From Phoronis australis (Eukaryota; Animalia; Phoronida), in contig NMRA01001154.1 of assembly GCA_002633005.1 (NCBI GenBank), forward strand, positions 1 to 47,549: a stretch of 47,549 nucleotides of DNA, given 5' to 3'. The translations under genes and the position numbers were made by a program. The notes under the pieces were generated by a model. That model saw only the letters and a list, made by a program, of their open reading frames with translations, had not been told where the DNA came from and made no database searches. Shown here piece after piece: positions 12,701 to 24,700 of the stretch (within the stretch, counting starts at the first letter, position 1; the number at the start of each line of letters is the position of its first letter).

Positions 12701-15700
12701 AGGATTTTTATGCAAAGCCCCTAATTTAAGGTCAAGGTCACCATTTATTTCCGATGAATTTAGTTAGATACATGCAATTAAATTTCTGGAATTCCACAGT
12801 CTACAGTATGACAGTGCTAGCTGGGTCATTAGGGTCACACCTCTATGTTAACTTGTAGGCCTACACATAAGCACAACAAAAGTGAATTGAACACCAGGCA
12901 GCCGGCGTGTGCTTTGCAGCCTTAAGCGGGCTGCCGAAAGAAATTTTTATTAATCTTCAGATGTCTGCCAATACATATTTGTGTCCGGAATCCACTCCAA
13001 TGTAACAGTATTAAATTAAGACGAAAGGACAACGTTCTGTGGATCACAAAAAACGAAACAACAATTTGAAGGTGACTAGTATCAAATGTGCTCACACGCG
13101 AAAAACCTGCATAAAACTGTTTAAAATCCGACTTTTTTCAAACTTCGAAAGTATTTCTAAACTCATACCGGGTGAGAAAATGAACATAACAGTTTCTTAC
13201 CGATTCTGAGCTAATCGCTCACCTATATAGAGTGCAAATTCCATTGCAAGACAGCAGGGCGATCGGCAACATTTCATATCACAGCACTGTACGTGGATCC
13301 ATTTTCTGAACACAAGGTACGTGGAAGAAATTTCGAAGAACAGCATGAAATTTGGACCAGCAACCTCTGAGTACTTCTGGTAATCACCTACGCTACCGGC
13401 AAATCCGATGGCAAAATGGATTCAGCCACAAACTTGACTTCAAAATGAGCTATGCGCTCAAATATTGGCTTCCGGACGTTCGTTAGCATAGGCCTGAATG
13501 GGGCAAACTTCAAACTTCAAGAGACGTGAAAAAATTTCACCAATGACGCTGATATTTGTCAGTCACAAGTCTTAACATACACTCTATGCGACAGACTATC
13601 GGCAAATTGTGTAGTTATCTCCCCTCACTTATAAATTCCTGATTATAGCCTGTTCTTGTGTATTTCTTAGCGTTTTAGCCAGCATGTGAACTGGGAAAAG
13701 ACATGGGATCATTATACTTGTGACCTAAAGCAAATAAGATCACACGCTCTGCTTGTAATACAAAGCAGTATCTCACGATGACTTGCATGATATTCCACGA
13801 CTCATTGGCAAAGTACGGAACTAAGCCTGAATGATTACAAAACCTCGATAATTAAGACCTATATCAAATTAAGCCCGCACATGACAAAGGAAATGTCAAC
13901 GAGTTGATGCAAAACCAAACCTTTCTGTTTTTAAGCCTACAAATTCACCGGAAACAGGACCGTCAGCAGCTTCGAAAGGCGATTACTATGTTTACGTGGA
14001 GGTGACGTATATTGCCTCGGGGAAAAAAGCGAGATTGCGTTCAATCCAATTCCGTAAGTAATGGTGTACATTATGTATTCGAGCACAACGTCCATAACCA
14101 GTTTAGATGTATGCATAAAAACTATTCATCGCCCGTCATATATTACCGGGTGCCATTGAATAAACTTCTTACAAACAACACTTTGGTATTGGACTTGCAT
14201 GTAGTTCCCATAATTTTGTCAATATTTAATTAACTGCTTTTTATTGTACATGTATTTAATTGCAAGGCGAGAACGCCACACCACAGGTTGTCAATGTTAG
14301 TCTTGTTGTCTACAGTTACTCCGGTCCCTATAACTGACTGGGTCTGTGCATCATTATGTACTTGTGTGTTGTGCGTGGAAGCCGATTTAAGTCCATCGTT
14401 GTTTTGATCACCCGAGGAACTGGTTCCTAGGATCATCACAACAACGGTAAATATTACCTGCCGAGTACGTTTCAACGGTTTTTCTTACTTTAAGCCGCAA
14501 ACCAAGTCCGGTGTTGGAGTTTCGACTATAGTATGTACGGTAGCAATATGGGAACGGTGGATGTGAAATTGGAAACGAATGGAAACAGCCAGTCACTGTG
14601 GACTAAATCTGGTGACCAGGGAAATAAATGGATTCGCAAATACATCACAGTGCCATCTCAAAGTTCCAGCTATGAGGTATACGAAGGTTCTCCAATACAT
14701 ATGCGAAGATATAGGAATGGCTCTTGTTTGTTGCGACATTGTTGTTTGTGCGCAGGAATTAGTTTTCGAACTACAGCAGTTTAAGCATCAACGTGTACTT
14801 GATGCATGCCCACGTTTTGTTTTATATTCCGTGAGTGGACATTTCACCCGCTTTCACAACTTAAAATGTATGTCACTCTATAGACCAACCACCACTTGTC
14901 TCAAACGTTTCACTAGGTTTAACACGATTTTCATCACGAAAGAGATCATACAATCGCGTAGCAAATAAAGAGTGTATCAAGTTCTCTATTTTAAACGAGT
15001 TATATTATTGTTGGAATATTGGTACGCTTCGTATCAATCGTAACTTTGAATGTTCAATTTGTTCTGATGGTTAAAACCAGTTGCTAGCATGAAAACGAGA
15101 TTGTGACATGCATGTCTTGTTCTCAATAGGAACTGCTTTTGCAAGCGTCCAAAGATTATTTTAACATTACTAGGTTGTTGTACCATTAAGGTTATTAATA
15201 AACTGTCACCAGTAACTCATTGTTCGTTTTCCACAGATTGTATTCGAGTATACTGTTGGGAGCGACTTCAGAGGTGATGCTGCTATCGACAACATCATTA
15301 GTAGCGTTGGCGAATGTGACACTTCGTCGATAACAACGCCTATCCCAACCACCTTAGCGACGTCATCAGGTTTGTGTGCTAATCCCATGTAAGTGGGGTA
15401 CATCAATGTGATCGTCTCTTGCTACTATCGAGAAAGCACAGTTGGTCAGTGGCAAATGAATTTGCGTATTCCACAACCAAATCACCATTATCGGTGCTTA
15501 GGACTAAGATTTATCAAAGAGATTTTGAGGATTTTGTTCAGTCCAAAAGCATTTGTAGAGAAAAACGAGTTATGTAATGTTGTACATTCGGCCAAATGAC
15601 AAATTAACCGGCGGTGAATAATTCCCACAGGGACCTTTTCATTGCCACACCGTCAACATGTATTGTCTATAGTCCCTGCATGTATAAAAGGTCGGTGTTT

Positions 15701-18700
15701 CATCGGAGAGGCGGTGCTTTTAGCATTTGACGGGTTTTTGTCGCCGATCTTTGATATGTTAGAAAAAAAAATTATACCTGTTACAATATTAGCTTTTTAC
15801 ATTAATATTTCATCTTACAACATCTCAACCACAGTCTACTTTTCTAATTATTTAAAGTTAGCTCGGCCCACTGCATCAGCAAAATATTGTCCTCTATAAA
15901 TCATAGTTTGCCGGTTAACCCTAAGTATTCATCATCGGAGCCGCGCCTAACTGCTGGCACCACGTTTCAACGCCCGTGTCCTCGCATCGCGTCGGACGTT
16001 TCTGCAACGAGCAATCTCTTTTTCAGGTTGTGTTTGTGATTTTGAGGATCAGGTGGACCCCCTCTGTGGATGTCTTCAACATGTAGAGTACGACAGTGTG
16101 GATTGGGCTCAATTGTGTGGAACGACGGTGCGTTTTTTTCTAAATTTAATCGTTACGAATACTTAAGTCTTAACACATCTCTGACCCGGCAGGTGGAAAT
16201 ATTTATAGAGGAAGGTAGAGGTCACGTGATATTGCAAAAATATGGCTCCTATGAAAATTAATGTCCTTATTGATCCGCTATCAACACGCTGAGTTATATG
16301 AGCGTAATTTTATAGATTGTTTTCTATTTTTATCAATAAAAAAGGAACGGGGTACTAGTCACGTGAAATCCAGTGTTGACCTTAAAATCATCTCTTCAAG
16401 ACACGATATGTTTGTTGGTATGAGAAAGGGTTTTGTTGATGTTCTAGATGACGACGACCAAGCTATTTCCAGCTTAAACAAAGCTTGTTGTTCAAACTTT
16501 TTGACTTTTCTACCTTGTCTCCAAGGGCCTTGTCTGTTAACTGGGATTCTCAAGTCACACTGAGCTGGTTGAAACATAACGTCTCACACAATGAAGAAAC
16601 TGTGTTTGACATCGCGTTACTTTCACGTCGAACGACTGCAGTAAGCATGCGAGCACCCAGGGAGAGGGGTATTTGGGGGCTCCAACGAGTCCCCAATTTG
16701 GAAAAGTGGGCAAAAAACTCCAAAATAGTAGAAAACGCGACAAAAGCCCAATGAAAGGCAGAAGCGACCAAACGTGACTCGGCGAATGCACAATTCACAG
16801 CTCTGAACGTACCCGTGAATCTTAGTATAAGGTCCACAATCTCAAAAATTCAAGCCCTCCATTTTTAGGCTGAGTGCGTGCAAGGTAAGTGGACAAGAAT
16901 GCTATAGTGTGGGTATAAACGTGTGACGCTGTGTACAGCAAGTCTTTTGTCACCAACGGTCTCTTATTGTTTGATGTCTAATTCTACAACACCTCCAATG
17001 TCTTGCACCAAACCGCGGATCACCAGCGCCCAAGGACAAGGAGATTGTCAGAACCGAACATTTCGGTGGCACGAAGCTTCTAGGAATTATTGTAATGTCT
17101 TTGTATACAATACATCCACGTTTTGATAACAATTGATTTTTCCACTGGTATACCATCCTTGGTTGCAATTAATCTTAGTCTTCAGACCCGGATATCAAAG
17201 GGCAGGGAGTTTTGAAAGGCCGTTGTACTGTATATGCGCATCGCAGTCGCCAAATGGCGAGACCATCTCCTCAACTTGTCACCTCATCTGAATATACCAA
17301 ACATGTCGTAGAAAGCGTCGGCATTTCGTTATGTTACTTGTACAAAAATCAAAAACCCCGTTATCCAAAAGCAGACATGGTTGCTTAGCAAAGGTAATGC
17401 CATTTTTTGTTGGAAAATATCTAGATAATCTGAACGGGCGTGCATTCTGTTGACGAGAGAACATCGTAGAAAAACAAATTAGCTCAAGATTTTGCAGATG
17501 CCACAATTAATTACAGAGGTAGCATGTCGGCACGTTAGCTCCATTCGCGAGGTCTCTGCGTATGCGAAACGCAATTTTCATATATTAAAATTTAGCAAAC
17601 AGTAATGTTCTAAACCAACATTTAGTGAATGTATGACATTTTGTTGCACGTTACAGTTTGTTCCATTCTCCTACTAGATGCCCTTAACGCTTTGAAACAT
17701 TTGTTAATTTCATCGCCATTTCTCCACTAGTTTTCAACTCCATCAGGCATGACCGGGCCTACTCATGCGTCCAAGAACCAATGCATACTTTATGTGGAAA
17801 GTTCTTCGCTGCCCGCGGATTCCACTTCGGAACTCAAGACGAACTTTGCGCTATCCAGTAAGCAAATTTAACTGACACGGTATTTCTTTACCACACCAAA
17901 AACACCTCCTTTTTGCATGTACAAAACATCTATTTGAGTAATGTATAACATGCCACCGGATAATCCATCCTACTGCTTATGAAAATTTCAACGAATGTCA
18001 TAATTAGTAAAGACTTGTTGAGATATCCATGCGTACACGGTGGAAACAGAACCTCCGAAAAAAGTAGAAAACGAGACCAAAGTGCACTAAAAAGGCTGCA
18101 ACTATCAAATCTCGGCGAAAGCACAATTCATACAGTGTAGCTCTGAACATACCCGTTGAATGACATTCGCAAAAATTTATTTGTTGGGTGAGTGCGCGCA
18201 AGGCATCAAAACTTTCAAAATGATACAGAACAAGTTTATGGCAAGCATTGGAAGCTTCGTGTGGTGTGTCACCCACTTTTCGTCTATATCAAACGAACGG
18301 TTTTTACTTTCGTTTTCAACCTTCTTTGCCATTTATTTCTACTACATTTCTCCAAAGCAATTTTTGACTCGATCAAGAATCATGTGTACAATGATGTTGT
18401 CCTGAGGATAACGATTACGTTTCAATGCCTCTTGGTTAAAGTTTTTCATACCGTCTCACTTCTCGAAAAACGTTTTATTTTTATTTCAATTTCACGACAG
18501 ATGTGTGTGTTCTGAAATCAAATTACCGGCATGCACCATGATTGGCATTAATTGTTACATGTACAATTATAGGGACCAAATTGAAATCGAAACTATTTGC
18601 ACTTAAATCACAATGATTTTCACCACTGTCACTGAAATTAGATGGAGTATTTATTTCTTCATTAAATATTACTATCCAAAAAGCGATGCGAGTTTTGGAC

Positions 18701-21700
18701 ACTCGAATTGTCTTTCACAAAGATGATGGCGATGTTGGGTACCTTAACAAAACGCAATGTTTCGAAATCAAATTTATCACAAAGGGTTTGGCAGTTGCGT
18801 TAACACAAGGCAATTCTGTCGTCGACTCGTTGTAAGCTAACTCGCCACAGAATGTCTAGCAGACAACCAATTAAAACCAACGTTTGTGATGTTATGATTC
18901 ATCGTTTGTTTTCTTGTGCAGTTGAGTCCTACTACAGTTGGATGATTTGTGAATTTATACTATCACAAAACCAGCGTTTGCTATGTAATGATTTATTCAC
19001 ATCTTGTTCTCTTGTGTAATTCTGTCATGTTACAACTGGATGATTTGTGATAATTTCAACGACCATTGTCTACAGACAACTAGTTGGGTAAGAACAACTG
19101 GTCGGGCGTAGTAAGACGTGTCAATTAAATAACAAGAGTTGTGTTATTGGACGATCGACAACAACAAGTAGGAAGCAGCACTAATATGCATCTATCAAAG
19201 GACATGTTTGTTGAAGGACTCGATATTTTTTATCTTACTCGTTGTTTGTAAGCAATTCAAACATCACCCTCAATTGCACATGAGAACAAAATTCGAAACC
19301 ATAATGTCGCCATGAACTTCGGTTTTCACTGGCTGCCTGCTAGAGGTTTGCCTACGATGAATCACGGGCGGCGCTGTACTGATATAAGTGGGGAAGGGCT
19401 ATAGCCCCCTGCCCCCTATATGGTGCACTGCCCATGTCCATAGTAGGCGCAGCACTCAAAACTTATAGTCCCCCCAGCCCCCTATGGTGCGCCGCCCATG
19501 TGAATGACAATTGCATTCCGTTTTAAGTAATTTAAGTCTCCCGACTCACTACTCATATGTTACTTGGCTACATATAATTTGGAAACCTTGACCTTTAAGG
19601 GACCAATCGTCGACATCGGTTGCATGTGATACATGTATATGCTCTGAAAAATGACGATGCATTACTTGTTCGCAAGAAACCCAAAGGTTTCCAAACATAC
19701 GGACGGTCCAAACTTTCTTTACCTAAGGGTAAAAAAGAATTCGTTTCAAAATTTGTCTTTCTACAATACTGCCTATGACTACATCTTAATTGGTCAGGAT
19801 GAATAACGCCACTGACTACTCGATTGCTAGGTGATCTCCAGCACTGCGTTCGTTTCGCGTATCACATGTACGGGGTCTACATGGGAAGCCTGTCGTTAAT
19901 AGCAAAAACAACTGCCGGCGATGATGACATCCTCCAAACGATTACCGGAGACCAGGGGGAAGAATGGTACAGGTTCAAACAAACCATCGGAATAGGTCAC
20001 ACATCCGTGAGTAGTCATTTGTGTTTTGCCTCCATTTCCATTATATACTGTGCTACATTATTGTTTATTATAAAGTGGCGTCATAGTGAGAGCGTCTTCA
20101 CTGAGTTGAACAGAGGAACACCACAGAAAAATAGACATACAGCACGTCGATGCAGTCTCCGTCATTCCTTGATAAAATGTCGGACTGGAATTCCAATGAC
20201 ATCTGTAGTACAATAGTTTCCAGTGCCTGCATCACAGGTCGTTAAGACTCATTAAGTTTAAAGCAAACCTAATGCTACGGGTGTATCTTCTTGAACTACT
20301 GTAGCCTACTTCGCATAATGACTTCTAGGGCAGTGACTATCTTATTGCCGTTGTTCGGCAAGCCCAGATAACTTCTTTATTTTGACATTTTAAGTGTCCT
20401 TTCTGTTTGTTTTATGCGAGTAGGTCAGAATCAAGGCTTTGTTCTCACACTACACAAGTGATTTTGCTATCGACAACTTCCGGCTTGCAACTGGAGCTTG
20501 CGTAGAAGGTGAGCATAAGATTTTCCACGTGACCGCTTACAGGCGCAGTCAGTCGCTTGCAACGGAATTTTAGGATCTTGTTTATAGTTCAGTCCGGGTA
20601 TCGGTCTGAAGCCACAAAAACATTTGTACAAGATTAGGTTTTCAATCCCTACACATATACTTAATGTGCATCTGCAAAGGTGATTTTTGCCTCGAAAACT
20701 TTTTGCTCATTTGTGACTTCAACGCTTATTTTACAGAGCCCTGCGACAGTACCCCCTGCAAACACGTTCCGGAAGGACACTGTACAAACGATGGGGCCAA
20801 TGCTGTGTGCGCATGTCCACCTGGATTCGCTGGAAATTGCGACTATATAGGTAATGCTCTACAAGTCAAGGGGAGAGTGAAAAAAGTGATTCATGAAAAA
20901 GCCAAAAAACCCTTCGGCAACTTCACTTATACTAAAAGGGGTACCAAAAACAGCCTATGTGTTATTTAACCACACTTGACCATAATGCACAAGCAACAAG
21001 GAGGTTGGTTGCTGAGGGACGCCTCCCCTCAATTTTTTTTCACAGCCAATGGTCCTTGCAAAGATTGAAATTTTGTTTTCCTATAAACTGCTTAATAATA
21101 CTTAGCCACTGGTACGATAGTACTGCATGTCATATGACGCACTACCGAGTGACACGATCAGTATTAATGCATTTGGTTTTGCAGCGCCCCCTCCCCCCAC
21201 CACCCATTTTTGTAACTCTACCACTATCATGAATTTGCGTGTGTGTTCAGTGGTCAGTATTCACGACACGCAATAGTGAGGTAAGGAGTTCGTCTCGTGC
21301 TTAGTTGAGCTATATTTTCATTAGCCCAAGACAGCAGATTGCTTCTCAGTTCTCCAGGTTGACCCTGCGTATTTGCGAAACAGGTCTAGTTCCCAATAAC
21401 ACACGAATCATCGAACTAAACCCCCTTACGGAAACGTACTAAAAACGACGACTTGCCGCTGTAACGGCTTGCGGACATTACCCACAACTGTACATTTGTG
21501 CCTTACTTCAGTGTATACGACTGTACATCTCAACGCCTCAGGCAAACATCTGCCCCAAATATGCATGTGCGCGCAACTTTATGGCATCCATCAATTCCAC
21601 GTGCACGTATTATCATTCACTTGTATATACATGTACGTGTATTAAAACGACAGAGACGAGTGGAGTCAGTAGTTATCAGTAGGAATAGTGAGGATGGTGC

Positions 21701-24700
21701 CTTGGCACTCGATTATTATCGATTGATTTCTCTTACGACCATTCTTGTGTCACCTACGCGTGGGAAGTCTTGCCGTCTGCTTCAACTAACCAAGAATCTA
21801 TCAACTGAGGACCGTTGGCTTTTTAAGCCTTTCAAGTGTTCCGGATTACTTTGTACCCTTAACATGTGCATCGGACAAACAATCAACATCGAAGTTGCCT
21901 TAGGCTTTCCCACAGGGAAAAAGGAGATATGGTCTTAAACCTGAATGTTACACAATATTTTACGTAGTGTTCGATTTGACGAAAAATCGGGCATCTTAAC
22001 CGCCGTCTGAAAAATTTCTTCGTGTGAACATGGTGCCAACCCGTGCAGACAGCGGCTTAACTGAAAGCACGTCACTGGAATGTGGGCTTTTCGCGGTAAG
22101 AATGTTTTGATCTGTCGTCTGGTTGATGGTGTCACGGTAACAAGGCAGGTTAGACGTGTAAATAAGTTATCAGACGTCTAATATACTTATCTCCTTGTGA
22201 ACGCTATATGTTGTGCAAAGCATTGATTGTATATCCCATAAACGTCTTAATACTAAAGACGGGCGCTCGCGCTACTAAAGCTGACAACTTGACGGCATGT
22301 TGGAGAGTGCTACTAGGTATGTGACACGGCTAATTGCCGTGTAAACAAACGGGGTACATTGTCCTTTTCAAAGCGCGATATCTAACAAATAAAGAGGCCG
22401 AACTGTGTGATTTTTCCAGACACATACAAAAACATGCGACTTAGCACTGACATGCGATTTTTAAGAGTTACTCGACAGGGTAAATATAAAACTATTAGAA
22501 GATTGCAACCAGTGGAAGATTTTCGAGTGGCCTGAGCGGCTGCACGCCGTCAAACCAATAGGAGCGTTTTTTTCGTTTCTTTTCAAGAGAAACCACTAAG
22601 TTCGCGCAAATTTATAAATTACTTGACATTGGCTACAGCGATAATTCGCCCAACTTGTTGTGATATACAACTTAACAAGTTAGATTCAACGGGAGAACAC
22701 CGTAATGTAAAAAGCAAAGAACACAGACTCAGTTCCTTTCCTGCGCATCGCTCGGAATTGCCAACTTACAAATGTTCTACTATCACGCACGGTATTCCTC
22801 TCTCACGGATCTGAAGTCCCCCCGATCAAGCACCAGGCACTTGTTGGTGTTTTGTATTATCCCCACACCGTGTAATTATGTGCTCAAAAAGATATCAGCC
22901 CCACTCCCACACATTATTTCGGACCGTTCCTATCCATACCCCTATATACAGTACGTACTGCGCGCCCCTCAGCCGAGAAATTTAAAATGAAGTCTTGTCT
23001 CACCCACGCTGTCTGCTTATTAAAACCCCCTGCGGCGGGAGAGAAGTTGAATAGTGACGGGACAGGTTTTCACGGACGTGGGGTCATTTTTTCATGGACT
23101 GAAAATTCTTCGCATTAAATTTAGACCCTGTGAAAAAACTAACCCGGGTCATTTTCACGGGGTCATAATTAATGCTACATCGGCTCGGTTGGGTATATTT
23201 CCATTCTGTTTCGCCGAACGGGAAATTCTATATTTTGGATAAATTTTGAATTCGCAATTCAGTCGTACAGGTTTGATATTTCGATACTATGTACTTTACT
23301 GTTTTGGGCAAGTTTCGTCACAAAACAGAGAGCTCATAAGCAAGCAGTGAAAATTTACAAAAATGCCAATATCAACTTCGACATCAATACAGACTTTGCA
23401 GGGATTTGCGTATTTGTTTTGATACAACAGAAAACATCTGATTTTGGAATACGTATATATTTCAATAGAGAATACACTATTCACTTAGATGCACTGATTT
23501 CCATGGCTAGCGAGTAAGTTCGGGGATGTTATTTTTCAGTACAAGTGAAAATACATATGACTGTCATTAATACCAAATATTCACTTAAATATACTTAGCA
23601 AAACAGCATCATCATTGGATAACAGCATATGCTGTTGAGAACCATGTGGTAGATAAGTTTTACACTTAACATGTTTTCATCCTCTATAAATAAAATTGTT
23701 TATTATTATTATTTTTTTATTATGCTGGTCAATAAATATCTTTTTTAATTGATCTGATATCATCTCAATCACCAAGACTGATGTGGAAACAACGCATAAT
23801 CACTCCGCTTAAACTATGGTGGCAGAACATAAAAACCTAGTTGCAGCACCACTAAACTGCATGGCCGATCCAAAAAACCCATTACGCAATGACAATACCA
23901 AAGAAACTTACATGTAACTCTGTGGCTGCAGGCATAACACTGCGGGCCCCGCATTTTCTGACTGATGCCGTAGGGCTCCCAGTGTTTACCGCCATTTTTG
24001 TCCTGTGTAGCACCCTCCAATATGGCGTCATATTGACAACGCGAGCTGCATGTACATGTATCTGAGTGGCGCGCGCCCAGTCTATGGTATATCCCTTCAC
24101 AATTGGCATTTTGCAGACTTGAGTGGTATGGCCAGCGGGTCATTTATAGAGGCAACTTTTGAGGAAGGAGCAAACCCATTAGGTTTCTTCCAAAAGGGAA
24201 CGACGTTTATCAGGCGGGTAAGTATACCTTACGAAAATATGATAGTCCCATTGCGGCTCTGCAGTCCTGAAACAAAGCAGAAAGGGTTACTCTACTAAAT
24301 TCGGAATCACAATTACGATGGTTGCCATGATTTCGAAACTACGTGACATTTTATACCAAACCCCATCCGACATATTCACTTATTGGCACGGTCGGACTGT
24401 AGTTTCTGCATGTATCTCCAGATGTCACGCAATACTTTGGAAAACGTTATACTAATGTAAATAAGCTATATCACGGGCTGAAACCAGCAGATTTTAAAAA
24501 TAAAGCTATTACCATCACAAGCAAGTTTTTGTAAGCTATGCTGCTTATCGTTTACAAATTCGCCTAAAATTTCCCTCGGCGTAATACATGTGTACCAATT
24601 AGTTTCTATCGTTAAAAGGAATCAATAGGTCTTCACCGGTCCTAAGACTGAATCAACCCTCGAACAAGTTCCCGCGTTCGTACTTTGCATGTGCTTAAAA

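Noticed and set aside
21240-21300. tRNA-like A/B box pattern (tggtcagtatt...gagttcg)
   Set aside because: No cloverleaf can be formed; at most a decayed SINE head, too weak to call.
21498-21938. 146-aa ORF and the many other 60-130 aa intronic ORFs
   Set aside because: No domain motifs or fitting splice sites; expected by chance.
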